64,000 bases of DNA. Origin: Ignavibacteriota bacterium. Its GTDB lineage: Bacteria; Bacteroidota; Ignavibacteria; Palsa-1295. The notes beneath the pieces are model-generated. The model worked only from the letters and a program-made list of their open reading frames with translations, was not told where the DNA came from and made no database searches. The position numbers and the translations under genes are program-made. Below, piece after piece: positions 50,517-60,651 of this stretch. The stretch's first letter is position 1; each line of letters begins with the position of its first letter. The stretch lies in assembly GCA_963787835.1 (NCBI GenBank), contig CAWBEI010000002.1, positions 1,728,001 to 1,792,000 on the forward strand, read 5' to 3'.

Positions 50517-51092
50517 ATGTCCTATCGTTACCTTATTCTCTACAAACCCTACGGCGTGCTTAGCCAATTCACTGCCGAGGTTCCCGGCCAGCGCTCGCTT
50601 TCAGAATTCAACCTTCCGCCAGACCTCTATGCCGCCGGAAGATTAGATGCCGATTCGGAGGGTCTGCTCCTGCTCACGAACGATGGTCCGCTGATAAAGC
50701 AAATGCTAGAACCCGGCACCGGCCACGAACGCACCTATCTCGTTCAAGTGGAAGGAATCCCAACGGCTGAAGCTATCGCTGAGCTCGAACGCGGCGTTGC
50801 GATTCAAAATTATCGCACCTTGCCAGCCCGCGCGCGATTGTTGGAGCAGGAACCCGCACTCCCGCCGCGCGACCCGCCCATCCGTGTGCGCAAACACATC
50901 CCTACTTCCTGGATCGAACTCACGCTCTTGGAAGGAAAGAACCGCCAGGTGCGCCGGATGACCGCCGCGGTTGGTTATCCAACGTTGCGACTTATCCGTA
51001 CGGCGATCGGCAAACTGACGCTGGATGGCATTATGCCCGGACAATGGCGTGAGCTAGCGAAAAGCGAGATTGAGAGCTTGAAGAAAAGATAG
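50517..51092 (+). CDS. rluE: rRNA pseudouridine synthase (RluE/RsuA family)
   Basis: KPYGVL.QF, GRLDADSEGLLLLTNDG, EGKNRQVRRM. Confidence 0.88.
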   Translation: MSYRYLILYKPYGVLSQFTAEVPGQRSLSEFNLPPDLYAAGRLDADSEGLLLLTNDGPLIKQMLEPGTGHERTYLVQVEGIPTAEAIAELERGVAIQNYRTLPARARLLEQEPALPPRDPPIRVRKHIPTSWIELTLLEGKNRQVRRMTAAVGYPTLRLIRTAIGKLTLDGIMPGQWRELAKSEIESLKKR

Positions 51093-51154
51093 ATCAGAAA
51101 CCTCTCATACTTCCAGCCCGTTCTTCAGTGCGAACATTCAAATTTTATAATATC

Positions 51155-51562
51155 ATGGCAACCTTTACAAATACCAAAGATAATCCCCTCGCTCTCAAAA
51201 CACCTCCGGGAACTTCGGAATACACGATGCACACCGACACCAAGGATGGTAAACCGCTCCTGGTCTGCACCGTTGGGAAGACAGTGCTCCATTATGATGC
51301 CCGCTGCATCAACGACCTTCATGCCATGCTCAAAAAACATGGCGACTGGATGGACTTAGGTGGTGCCGATGAGCAAAAAGAAGCGAAGGAAGGAACGGTC
51401 GAAGCGTGGGGGAGATCTCCGAAAAATCCCATCGGTGGATGGTACGGTCTCAAGAAGGGATTGCGCGGACGCTTTGGAGTTTATGTCCCGCCGCTCATGG
51501 AAGCGCTCGGGCTTGTCGAGTTGGAACACAATGCGAAAAATAATCGGATGCGCGCAAAATAG
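51155..51562 (+). CDS. Conserved hypothetical protein (DUF6855-like)
   Basis: LKTPPGTSEY.M; VEAWGRS..NP.GGWYGLKKG.RGRFG. Confidence 0.6.
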   Translation: MATFTNTKDNPLALKTPPGTSEYTMHTDTKDGKPLLVCTVGKTVLHYDARCINDLHAMLKKHGDWMDLGGADEQKEAKEGTVEAWGRSPKNPIGGWYGLKKGLRGRFGVYVPPLMEALGLVELEHNAKNNRMRAK

Positions 51563-51573
51563 TTACCGCGTTC

Positions 51574-52449
51574 ATGCAAATAGAAGACGTCGTCGGCGAA
51601 GAAATAGAGGTGGCGGGGGTAAACGAATTGCGCCTCTGCCCGGAGTGCGGCACTCCCGGTGTGGGTGAATATTGCCACAATTGCGGCGAGCAAATGGAGA
51701 CGCACCTTTTTTCGGTGAAGCACTACCTCAAAGAGGTCTTCCACGAATTCGCCGTCATCGATTCGAAATTCTTCCGCACCATTCCAGCGCTGTTGTTCAA
51801 GCCGGGATTTCTTTCACGCGAATATATTGCGGGAAGGCGGAAGCGGTATCTTTCCCCGGCGCGGCTTTATACGCTCATTGCATTTTTCTCTTTCTTTGCA
51901 CTGGGATACTATCTTAGAAATTGGCTCGAGGTAGAATTCCAACAACAAATCGCTTCGCACGGATTGTTTCAAATTCAGTGGGGGAGTTTGAAGGGAGAAA
52001 AGGCCGTGGAATTGATTAGAACATTGCTCAAGTTTACTATTGAAGTCTCGCCTTATGTTCTACTCCTCGGCTCGACGCCGATCTTTGCATTAGTTCTTAA
52101 ACTCATTTACTGGAAGCGCCATATACTCTATGCTGAGCACCTTGTTTTCTCGTTCCATTTTTATACATTCAGCCTTATCGTTCTGATCGGGTCATTATTT
52201 CTTCATTCCAACTTCTGGTTCTTCATCGCGCAGGCCATCTTTATGGTCTATCTATATGTGGCGCTGAAGCGGTTTTATTCCGACCGCGGATTCTCGTTGG
52301 CTACACGCCTGATAGCATGCACCGTTGCTTATTTTAATATTGCAGCGTTTGCAATTGTGCTAACACTGGTTATTGCCAGTACCATCGGGTATCAATTGGG
52401 GGAGTTGCCCGATGGGAAGGCAATTCTTCAATTTACATCGCCTCGATAG
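51574..52449 (+). CDS. DUF3667-family membrane protein, paralogue of 2713-3627
   Basis: CPECG..YCHNCGE; GRRKRYLSP.RL; EHLVFS.H. Confidence 0.82.
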   Translation: MQIEDVVGEEIEVAGVNELRLCPECGTPGVGEYCHNCGEQMETHLFSVKHYLKEVFHEFAVIDSKFFRTIPALLFKPGFLSREYIAGRRKRYLSPARLYTLIAFFSFFALGYYLRNWLEVEFQQQIASHGLFQIQWGSLKGEKAVELIRTLLKFTIEVSPYVLLLGSTPIFALVLKLIYWKRHILYAEHLVFSFHFYTFSLIVLIGSLFLHSNFWFFIAQAIFMVYLYVALKRFYSDRGFSLATRLIACTVAYFNIAAFAIVLTLVIASTIGYQLGELPDGKAILQFTSPR

Positions 52450-52452
52450 GGT

Positions 52453-53142
52453 TCACATTGTCGGGACAATTTTGCCCACAATCTCCGGTAGCGTCCGAAT
52501 CCTCTCGCAGTCTGATCCTTCATATAAATTAGCGGCATCCAACAAAACAGGCCGGATGTCGGCACTACGCGCACCAACGACATCGACATGATAGAAATCG
52601 CCAACATGCACCGTTGTTTCTGCACTGCTGCCGGATCGTTCGAGGGCGCGAAGGAAATATGCCGGATCCGGTTTTTCAACACCTTCTTCGTGGGAATCAA
52701 AAAGAAAATCGACTTTATCGAGCAGGTCAAATCGTTCGAATGATTTGCGCAACGTGCCGTTCGAGTTAGAAAGCACCACCAGCTTCATAGACATTGAACG
52801 CAGCGCAAGGAGTGTGGGAACAACATCCTCTGCAATGGTTTCCCAAAGGTTCCACTTGCTATTGTACTGAAGAAGCTCTTCGACTGCCGGTGCAATAGCT
52901 TCAGATACATTGACTCCTGCTTCTCCAATGATGCTTTGAAGATATGTGGAAAAGCGATTACCATCATTGGTGGAACGAATGATCTCGGCGGTATCCATTC
53001 TTTTCTTAACGATAGGTTCCGCATTGCGCAAGCGGCTTGCAGCAACAGCTATGCCATGCCGCGCAAGCGTTTCGCTCACGCGATCCCAGTTCGGGTGGAC
53101 AAGCCCTCCTCCCGCATCCAGAAAGACTGTTCGAACGTGCAT
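52453..53142 (-). CDS. HAD-superfamily hydrolase
   Basis: VFLDAGG, LSN, EKPDP, HVGD...DV.GA. Confidence 0.9.
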   Translation of the reverse strand: MHVRTVFLDAGGGLVHPNWDRVSETLARHGIAVAASRLRNAEPIVKKRMDTAEIIRSTNDGNRFSTYLQSIIGEAGVNVSEAIAPAVEELLQYNSKWNLWETIAEDVVPTLLALRSMSMKLVVLSNSNGTLRKSFERFDLLDKVDFLFDSHEEGVEKPDPAYFLRALERSGSSAETTVHVGDFYHVDVVGARSADIRPVLLDAANLYEGSDCERIRTLPEIVGKIVPTM

Positions 53143-53328
53143 CGCGCATGGTACGATTTTAGCATAGGAGAGTTTCCAAAAGACATTCGCGAAAACGATC
53201 TGATTTGAGGGCCATTATTAATTCCCAACCGCCAGATCCATAATATAGATGGTACACATTTTGTGAAAAAGTATTCGTCCATGATCTATTGTCGTGGAAG
53301 TATAACATTCATTAAAATCTATTGGAAT

Positions 53329-53595
53329 ATGACACAACAAACGGAACAACCAACTCCAGAGACGAGGCCGCATCAGGATTTGCCGATCGAGGCTGATTCA
53401 CGAGACCGCTCTGCAAGCGACCGCTCTACCGGCGACCGCTCTGTCAGCACTCAACGGAGTGCAACCAGCGACCGGGACGATCGCAGGCAAGGGAATCAAA
53501 ATTCGCGCGATCGGGAGGACGAAGCGATGAACCGGAGAAGCCGAGAAGCAAGGGATGACAATGAGCGGTCCAGATCGAGCAAACGCTCGGACTGA
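53329..53595 (+). CDS. Small low-complexity R/D/S-rich protein
   Basis: SDR repeats; followed by a terminator. Confidence 0.45.
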   Translation: MTQQTEQPTPETRPHQDLPIEADSRDRSASDRSTGDRSVSTQRSATSDRDDRRQGNQNSRDREDEAMNRRSREARDDNERSRSSKRSD

Positions 53596-53677
53596 CGACG
53601 CTCGGGCTTACAAAGCTCGAGATGCTGAACGACCGCTTTATCAATCTGTGAGAGATTTTGATTCATTCAAATTCTCT

Positions 53678-53708
53678 CAAAAAGAGCACGGAAAGCAGTG
53701 CTCTTTTT
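53678..53708 (+). terminator. Intrinsic terminator
   Basis: AAAAAGAGCAC..GTGCTCTTTTTT. Confidence 0.8.
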
Positions 53709-53756
53709 ATTGATGTCTGCGATACAATAGTATCTTAGTTTTTGACGCATAGAACA

Positions 53757-53792
53757 AAATCGCCTGCGCTACACATGGTAACGCAGGCGATT
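53757..53792 (-). terminator. Intrinsic terminator after the OmpA gene
   Basis: AAATCGCCTGCG..CGCAGGCGATTT. Confidence 0.7.
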
Positions 53793-53832
53793 TGAATTTT
53801 CGGAGCACGATATACATGCTCATCCCAGGCGC

Positions 53833-55368
53833 TTAGTTCGTCTTGATGAACTCGATGCGGCGGTTCTTCTGCTTGTCGGCAGGTGTATCGTTCGGCGCGA
53901 TCGGGTTATCCGGTCCCACGCCCTTGGCCGTCATGCGGCTGGCGCTGATACCATGATCGACGAGCCACTTCATGACCGCATCTGCACGCTCCTGCGAAAG
54001 CTTCATGTTTGCAGCGCGTTTGCCGGAGTTATCCGTGTTGCCGACGATCTGTACCGTAAGATCAAAATGGTTCACAAGTGTTTTCAATGCCTTGTTCAGC
54101 GAGGTGTCTGAAGAAGGACGGATCGTCGCTTTACCGACATCGAATTCGATACCTTCCAGCGTGATAGCACTGCCGGCCTTGCCGAGATCAAGCTCGTCCT
54201 TCGGAGCCGGTGGCGGCGGAGGAACTTGAGCCTTCGGATAATCGTCACTCGGATCCAGCGGATTGGTTCCACGGCGAACTTCCGTACCATCATCGACGCC
54301 ACCACCATCGGTATCGCGCTTTAATGGATCGGTGTGATATTTCAGCACTTCATCACCATCACTGAGGCCATCGCCATCGGTATCGGCCAGGAGTGGATTT
54401 GTATGATATTTATGAACTTCATCGCCATCGCTGAGTCCATCGCCATCGGTATCGGCCTTGAGCGGATCGGTGTGATAAATATTTACTTCGTCGCCATCGC
54501 TGAGTCCATCGCCATCAGTATCGGCTTTGAGTGGATCCGTGTGATAAATATTGACCTCATCGCCGTCGCTAAGTCCATCGCCATCGGTGTCGCGTTTCAG
54601 AGGATCGGTGTGATATTTGTGAACTTCATCGCCATCGCTTAATCCGTCTCCATCGGTATCAGGATTGTGCGGATCGGTGTGATAGATATTTATTTCATCC
54701 CAGTCGCTGAGTCCGTCGCCATCGCTATCCAAATTGTGAGGATCTTCACCAAAAGTGTAGGTAACTCCGAGCATTCCATGCCACCATCCATCATTCTTAC
54801 CATCATGGAGTGGGTTAAGATCATCGGAAAAGGAAATGTTGCCACCTGCCGAAAGCTCGATGGCCCACGTTGCATTAATGTCATGATACAGGCCGATCCC
54901 CAACGGGAGAAATAAAGCAGTGCCAGTATTTTTAGCGTTAGAAGGCTCATTGAAGGGAACCGTTTTGACATTCCAGTTCACGCCTCCGACGCCAGCATAA
55001 ATATAAGGTGACCAGATCGCATCGACAAGCGGCGTGAGCCTCAAACGCAGGTCGAACGGGATCATCGTGGTACTGTATTTTGAAAGTCCTGCTCCGTCAT
55101 TATTGCCGGAATTCAGTGTTATCCCTACGCCGATCTCCGGAGAGACGTAACTGCCAAATCCCCGCTGCCACAGAGCATAGATACGACCCATCGGATCGAG
55201 TGGTCTGGTTACGGCCTCATTGATACCGAAGGCAGCGCCGCCGCCGAGCCCAAGCACCCACGATGGGCTTGTTTGAGCATTCGTTCTGTTAGTCCATAGC
55301 AAAATTGCCGTCATTGACAGAAGTGCCAATCGAAAATAGGTGTTTTTATTTTGTTTTTGAGTGATCAT
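53833..55368 (-). CDS. OmpA-family protein: beta-barrel, Ca-binding DTDGDGLSDGDE repeats, OmpA-C domain
   Basis: About seven 24-aa (72-bp) repeats at ~54240-54735; GNTD..N..LS..RA; NRRIEF. Confidence 0.92.
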   Translation of the reverse strand: MITQKQNKNTYFRLALLSMTAILLWTNRTNAQTSPSWVLGLGGGAAFGINEAVTRPLDPMGRIYALWQRGFGSYVSPEIGVGITLNSGNNDGAGLSKYSTTMIPFDLRLRLTPLVDAIWSPYIYAGVGGVNWNVKTVPFNEPSNAKNTGTALFLPLGIGLYHDINATWAIELSAGGNISFSDDLNPLHDGKNDGWWHGMLGVTYTFGEDPHNLDSDGDGLSDWDEINIYHTDPHNPDTDGDGLSDGDEVHKYHTDPLKRDTDGDGLSDGDEVNIYHTDPLKADTDGDGLSDGDEVNIYHTDPLKADTDGDGLSDGDEVHKYHTNPLLADTDGDGLSDGDEVLKYHTDPLKRDTDGGGVDDGTEVRRGTNPLDPSDDYPKAQVPPPPPAPKDELDLGKAGSAITLEGIEFDVGKATIRPSSDTSLNKALKTLVNHFDLTVQIVGNTDNSGKRAANMKLSQERADAVMKWLVDHGISASRMTAKGVGPDNPIAPNDTPADKQKNRRIEFIKTN

Positions 55369-55527
55369 AAGAAAGAGGTGAAAAGTGAGCGCGCGAAAAC
55401 CCTTCCATATTCGCCTTAGTTCATAAAAAATTACCGTAAAGAAAGTATTATTAGCTGATAATTACAGCGATATCGGCACTTTCTTCGAAAACAACTTCGT
55501 TCGAACGGTTCTTATTATGATCCAATT

Positions 55528-55956
55528 ATGATCCAAATGAAACGATCGATTCTTACTATACTGCTACTATTGACCCTCGGATGCTCAAAGGACGAGCGAT
55601 CCAATGAGCCTGTTCCGGCTACTCCACAGCAAACTGTCGCAACGCCTCCTACTCTCACCCCATCGGAGACCGTTATGAAGGTCGGTGATGCGCTTTCCAG
55701 GCATGACTCTGCTGCGTATGTTAACTTAGTTTCTGCCTCCCGCAAGCAGGCTTATAGGATGAGTCCTCAACTCTTAAGTAGGACGCTTGCTTTTTGGTCG
55801 CTTCACAAGCCCACGATCCAGATCGTTTCTGAATCTCAGCATGATTCAATAGCGATCGTAAAGTATCATCTGCGGATTTCTGGCAAGCATCCAGTAGATG
55901 TGACAGATTCCACCGAACTATTTCTCGAGAACGGGGCGTGGAAATACTCTCGATAA
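55528..55956 (+). CDS. Lipoprotein with NTF2-like fold
   Basis: Lipobox LTLGC; C-terminal L..ENG.WK. Confidence 0.65.
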   Translation: MIQMKRSILTILLLLTLGCSKDERSNEPVPATPQQTVATPPTLTPSETVMKVGDALSRHDSAAYVNLVSASRKQAYRMSPQLLSRTLAFWSLHKPTIQIVSESQHDSIAIVKYHLRISGKHPVDVTDSTELFLENGAWKYSR

Positions 55957-56054
55957 TGCTCATGGCTCCCAAGTGCGTCGCATTTTGTTCTATATGTATT
56001 GATTGCCAGATCAGACCGGAGCAATCATTCAGGGATTAACGCAAGGAGATCATT

Positions 56055-56342
56055 ATGAGCAATATAGAAGTTTTACAACATACGGAAGAGCAGCAAAGCA
56101 GCGAACATGCCGAGCGCGTAAAGGGGGCATTCGTGGAACTCGAACAAAAACTTGGCGAGCGATCTTCCGAAGAAGTTCAGCGAATTCAAGGTCTCAAGAA
56201 AGCTGCGATCATGCGCGACCGGGCCGGAGTAGAGAAACATCTCGAAGCTGCGAAGTATGAATCCAACTGGCTTTACGAAGAACTGATGAAACACCCGGAG
56301 GTCTCCGCGATCATGCGGGAACTCAGTATTATGGGATTTTAA
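56055..56342 (+). CDS. Small helical hypothetical protein, paralogue 1
   Basis: AAGGAG RBS; C-terminal KHP..S.I..ELSIMGF shared with the next gene. Confidence 0.75.
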   Translation: MSNIEVLQHTEEQQSSEHAERVKGAFVELEQKLGERSSEEVQRIQGLKKAAIMRDRAGVEKHLEAAKYESNWLYEELMKHPEVSAIMRELSIMGF

Positions 56343-56350
56343 TAGAAGAT

Positions 56351-56617
56351 ATGGACAGCAACAACAACGGCGCTCAGGATATATCCTCCCATGAAGATCG
56401 GGTGAGAGGGGTATTTCGCACCATCGAACAAAAGTTTGGCAAAACGTTTAACGACGAAGAAAATCGCGTGCTCGAAGCGATCGTGCGTCGGGATCCCGAT
56501 GGCGTTCAACGTGTGATCGATGATATTAAAGCCGGAGAGGACTGGTACGAGGAAGAGTTTATCAAACACCCGCAGATCGCTGCGATCATCCAGGAACTGA
56601 GTATTATGGGGTTTTGA
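56351..56617 (+). CDS. Small helical hypothetical protein, paralogue 2
   Basis: H..RV.G.F...EQK.G and KHP...IIQELSIMGF. Confidence 0.75.
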   Translation: MDSNNNGAQDISSHEDRVRGVFRTIEQKFGKTFNDEENRVLEAIVRRDPDGVQRVIDDIKAGEDWYEEEFIKHPQIAAIIQELSIMGF

Positions 56618-56775
56618 GTAAATCTGCGTTGCGGCGGCATAGGAATAAGCGGGTGGGTTAGCATGGGTATTAGCACCGTTGGCCGCGAACTAAACTTTTA
56701 AAGCGATTGTCTTCTCTGTCAAGCGTCCTAAAAAGTTAGGCTGTTTCGGAATTATATTTTTAGAAAGGATTAAGT

Positions 56776-57279
56776 ATGAAAGTATCTGCCTTTGTTTTGA
56801 GTGTGGTGTTACTTTGTGGCTCGTTTTCCAGTATATGCGTTGGACAAATCAAGAATGCCGGAGGAGCAAATGCCACGTTTCAGGAGGGAGGGTGGACGAA
56901 AGCAAACGACCCCCTCTCGCCATTTATTTGTCAGTGTAATGGCGGCAGCGATTGCATTTGCGCTGTGGTAGCTTACTGCGGGACATGCAAAACAGGCGGA
57001 CAGAATACGTTCACTCTCCCCGTCAGTTCGCAGGCTATCGTTGGCAACTTGTTAAAAGTTACCTTCGCTAATGCGTCCGGTTCCACCGGCGGCTCGGGGA
57101 TTCCCGCCAGTGTCAAGCACACGGATTTTACCCAAAAGAACGAATTGAAGATGGACGCCGTTGCTGCCGCAGCATTGGGCTATTCCGACATTACGATCCT
57201 TCCGGGTAAATATTCGCTAAAAAATAATTCTTTGGTCCTGTCAGTCCGAAAGGGAAGGCCAATTCCGAAAAAGGATTGA
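56776..57279 (+). CDS. Secreted Cys-rich hypothetical protein
   Basis: Signal peptide; CQC.....CIC.....CGTC. Confidence 0.65.
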   Translation: MKVSAFVLSVVLLCGSFSSICVGQIKNAGGANATFQEGGWTKANDPLSPFICQCNGGSDCICAVVAYCGTCKTGGQNTFTLPVSSQAIVGNLLKVTFANASGSTGGSGIPASVKHTDFTQKNELKMDAVAAAALGYSDITILPGKYSLKNNSLVLSVRKGRPIPKKD

Positions 57280-57325
57280 GTGGGCATTTCATTTAATGAA
57301 TTGAGGGCGCATATCTACAGCGCTA

Positions 57326-58303
57326 TCATTGGAGATCCCATTTAAGTCCGAACACAAGCGACTGATCCAATGCTCGTTCCGGCGAGACATTGGAATCATA
57401 TACGAGGTGCAAGTTATAATCGAGGCTAAGGAACTTGTACTGCCAACTTAACAGCAGTAACGAAGTCACGCGGGCTTTGGTCAGATCGCCGCCAAGACCA
57501 TCCTTCGATAATGCGACAGTCTTGAAACTGATATGCGTGCTGAGATCGGTTGCGATCGTTCGTTGGTAGTCCAGATCGGCGATAGCACTATATCCCGATT
57601 CAAACGTAACTTCGCCCTGCACATCACTCAAGGGATTGTTTGTGCTGACGACAAAATTCCGGTTTTGCGTGAAGATAAAGTTCTTCGTGATCGTTTGCTG
57701 GAACGCATAGCCCACCCCCGCAACGAGTGAGAACTGCCCCAGGCCGTCTGCCGAAGTATTCGCAAATCGTCTGCCTAAAAAGAGAGATTGATAGAGGAAC
57801 AGGGGATCGAGAAAATTGGTGGTTTGGCTATCGACCGTGCCAGGCTCGAACTGCGTTTCCCCGGTCACTTCGAGAAATAACCGAATTCCTGCAGCCGGAA
57901 GCATGGGAACCGAAGGCGTCAAACTGAGGATAAGGTCGTCCTGCGTTTTTTGAGGCACCGAATCACCGTTATTCGATTGGCCATATTTTGCATAGAGGCT
58001 CGCGCCAAGTTGTGCTCCCGGACCATCGAGATACAATTTTGACTCTACTCCGACAAGCCAGTTCGCAGCAAAAGTGGAACTGCCGGCCTGACTCTGACTC
58101 TGCACCATCGCGCCGAGCGAGAGATTGGCTGTGAAGGTCGTTAAGCTTTTTACCGGCGGCGTTTGCGTGGCCGTATCCGGTGCGGAAACAGTATCGACTG
58201 CCTTAGCAGGCGTAAGGGTTGTGTCAACGCCTGAGGTTTGAGCATTGGCCGACGAGCATACGCCGAGGGCTATTAGTAGGATGACGAGGAACTTCGAATG
58301 CAT
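57326..58303 (-). CDS. Outer-membrane beta-barrel protein (DUF3078-like)
   Basis: Signal peptide; KYGQ..K..D.L; TQF.PG..F.DP; C-terminal LVFGLKWDLQ. Confidence 0.65.
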   Translation of the reverse strand: MHSKFLVILLIALGVCSSANAQTSGVDTTLTPAKAVDTVSAPDTATQTPPVKSLTTFTANLSLGAMVQSQSQAGSSTFAANWLVGVESKLYLDGPGAQLGASLYAKYGQSNNGDSVPQKTQDDLILSLTPSVPMLPAAGIRLFLEVTGETQFEPGTVDSQTTNFLDPLFLYQSLFLGRRFANTSADGLGQFSLVAGVGYAFQQTITKNFIFTQNRNFVVSTNNPLSDVQGEVTFESGYSAIADLDYQRTIATDLSTHISFKTVALSKDGLGGDLTKARVTSLLLLSWQYKFLSLDYNLHLVYDSNVSPERALDQSLVFGLKWDLQ

Positions 58304-58360
58304 GGCGACACCCTCTCAACACCAGATGAGGCATCGAGATTCGCCAATTTTAGAAAGGTT

Positions 58361-59440
58361 TTAATGAAGGACAACTACTTTCTGCATCGCAGTATTCCCT
58401 ACTGATTCCATGCGAAGGAAATACGTTCCGCCCACAAGGTTAGCTGGATCAAGCTGTATGATATTCACGCCCGAATGTGCCATGCCGTTCATCAATACTT
58501 GCGATTCCCTGCCCAGCGGATCCATCAGAGAAACACGGACTTGCGATTCACTTGGAAGCGTGAACGATACATTCGTTGCGGAATTTACAGGATTCGATGC
58601 GGCGGAAATAGAATATTGAGAACTTGCTGTGTTATTCAAAACTATATTTGGGGCACCCGGAAGTGAGTATTGTGCACTTGTTGCATTTTGATTGGAATCC
58701 GCACTGATGGAAGCGGAATAAGCGGTCGGAGACACCCAAATGAAGGAGTAAGTTGTTGAACTTGTATTAATGGTATCTTTGCCAATGATGACGGGGGGAG
58801 ATATAGTAGCGACTTTTTGCTTCAGTCGTAATGCCTGGTTGGTAATGTTTCCGGGGAGCGTGAACGACCCCCATCCATCAACGACGCCACTGACGGTCTC
58901 AGTTTCATGGTATCCCTGAACGGTGATCGTCGATGTGCTTGACCAGGAAGACTGATAGGTCAATGGCAAAGCAAATTCTTCTAAGGGTGGTGTGTATCTC
59001 CCTTCGAGGGACATAACGCCATTGACATTTTGGGTAACCCCCAATGCATAAAACCCGCTTTGATTTATGGTGTAGAAGAAGTAAGTAGTAGTTCCTCCAG
59101 AAGATGAAATTTGAACGTGGGTCGCCGTCGGGAAAGAGTCAGCTAGGGCAGCGCCACCAGGCCAAGCCACAACGGTGGAATTATCACTTGTCGTAGTATC
59201 GAATAGGAATGGAAATCCCTTAAAGCTCCACGATTGATTTGCTCCCGTCTGATCAACAAGGGATTGCAACCCGGCGGTGGCAGTATCGTTGTAATTATTG
59301 GATGAGCCGGATTGAACAAAAAACTGCTCGAATTGAGAACTCGAGATGGTAATCTGCGCAAAGGCAGGAATGCTCAAAAGAAAAAATAGTATTGCGAAAA
59401 GTGCCACATGCTTCGATTGGTTGGAAAAGTTTGTTTTCAT
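58361..59440 (-). CDS. Secreted protein with T9SS C-terminal domain
   Basis: AQITI, GANQSW.F, VDGWG..TLP; NP..F.LP...V.L.D.LG..GTYFLR. Confidence 0.78.
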   Translation of the reverse strand: MKTNFSNQSKHVALFAILFFLLSIPAFAQITISSSQFEQFFVQSGSSNNYNDTATAGLQSLVDQTGANQSWSFKGFPFLFDTTTSDNSTVVAWPGGAALADSFPTATHVQISSSGGTTTYFFYTINQSGFYALGVTQNVNGVMSLEGRYTPPLEEFALPLTYQSSWSSTSTITVQGYHETETVSGVVDGWGSFTLPGNITNQALRLKQKVATISPPVIIGKDTINTSSTTYSFIWVSPTAYSASISADSNQNATSAQYSLPGAPNIVLNNTASSQYSISAASNPVNSATNVSFTLPSESQVRVSLMDPLGRESQVLMNGMAHSGVNIIQLDPANLVGGTYFLRMESVGNTAMQKVVVLH

Positions 59441-59480
59441 GGTAATGGATAAGAATTATTACTGCCTTTTGAGAACAAAA

Positions 59481-60650
59481 CTACGCAATTTTCGGCTCTC
59501 TTCTTTGAATTCCGTTCACAAAGACAAGCCCAAAGATTATCAGCATTCCGATGGTGTCGAACGGAACAGTTGCGTTATAGCCCCATAAGATCATCATCTG
59601 AATGATTAGGAGCGCCGTCCATCCGAATATGGTAGTGGCTTTTGGAAGTGTTATTTCCTTCCCGCGCCAAATAATGTTCCGTTTCAGTAACAATGAAGCA
59701 ATGAGCATCACGGCAGGAACAAGCATCGTAAGATGATTCGGCTCGCTCCGTGTGGATGTGAGCGGAATGAGCATGAAGGATAGGAACAGTCCGGGAAGCA
59801 TTCTCTCTTTAATGAGTAAAATCACAGGGAAGCTCATGAGCAAAAGCCCGCAGGTTACTTTCAAGAACATTGTTGGGTGTAACAAGCCCATATATTGCGC
59901 TACAGCGCCCGCCAAAGCGAAGGAATGCACCGATTCATCGCCCTGGGACATCTCGCCGCCAAGCGTGTTGTGGATCCAGTAATCATAAAAATGAAAGATC
60001 GCATTCCCGGCGAACAGATAGGGGATGACGATGCAAAACAATATGATCGAGACGAGGCAGATTGCCATCGCTTTCCAACTCTTCAGAAGCATTGGCAGCA
60101 CGACGATGGGCATCAGTTTTCCGGAGATCGCCGCACCGAGGAACCATCCTCCGCTACTTTTATTTCGTAGGAGTTGCTTTGTAGCAAGCAATAGCAGAAG
60201 TAGAATGAACAGATCCTCGTGCCCGAACATCAGAACCCATTGGAAGATAGATGCGAACAAAAGACCAATAATCCCGAATATTTGCCACTTCTGATCCCGT
60301 GTTGCAAGACCCACAAAATTAGCACACAGCGCAAGCGAATAGAACATCATTGCTACGCTGATGAGATACCAGGCAAAGCTTGCTGCGACTGGGGGCAGGA
60401 ATGTGAATGGGATCCAAAGCCATGCAAAAAAAAGAGGATAGATGTACGGACGATAATTTTCTAAAGTATTGTAAGGGGCTACCGCAGTCGGTAAATAGGG
60501 ATTCGTTCCATTCTTGAAATCTTCCGCTCCGGCAAAACACGCAACGAAATCGGCCTCATGCCGAACAAAGGCGATCCGATACACTTGATAGCCGTTCACA
60601 ACGATTGTGCTGGCAAACAGGATGATGACACCGATCTTTATCCACTTCAT
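59481..60650 (-). CDS. GT87 (DUF2029) membrane glycosyltransferase
   Basis: DF......G.NPY; YIYP.FFA.L..PF; A...K..P; multi-TM. Confidence 0.8.
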   Translation of the reverse strand: MKWIKIGVIILFASTIVVNGYQVYRIAFVRHEADFVACFAGAEDFKNGTNPYLPTAVAPYNTLENYRPYIYPLFFAWLWIPFTFLPPVAASFAWYLISVAMMFYSLALCANFVGLATRDQKWQIFGIIGLLFASIFQWVLMFGHEDLFILLLLLLATKQLLRNKSSGGWFLGAAISGKLMPIVVLPMLLKSWKAMAICLVSIILFCIVIPYLFAGNAIFHFYDYWIHNTLGGEMSQGDESVHSFALAGAVAQYMGLLHPTMFLKVTCGLLLMSFPVILLIKERMLPGLFLSFMLIPLTSTRSEPNHLTMLVPAVMLIASLLLKRNIIWRGKEITLPKATTIFGWTALLIIQMMILWGYNATVPFDTIGMLIIFGLVFVNGIQRREPKIA

Positions 60651-60651
60651 C

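Noticed and set aside
54240-54735. Non-coding tandem repeat or CRISPR-like array
   Set aside because: These are in-frame 72-bp coding repeats of the OmpA protein.
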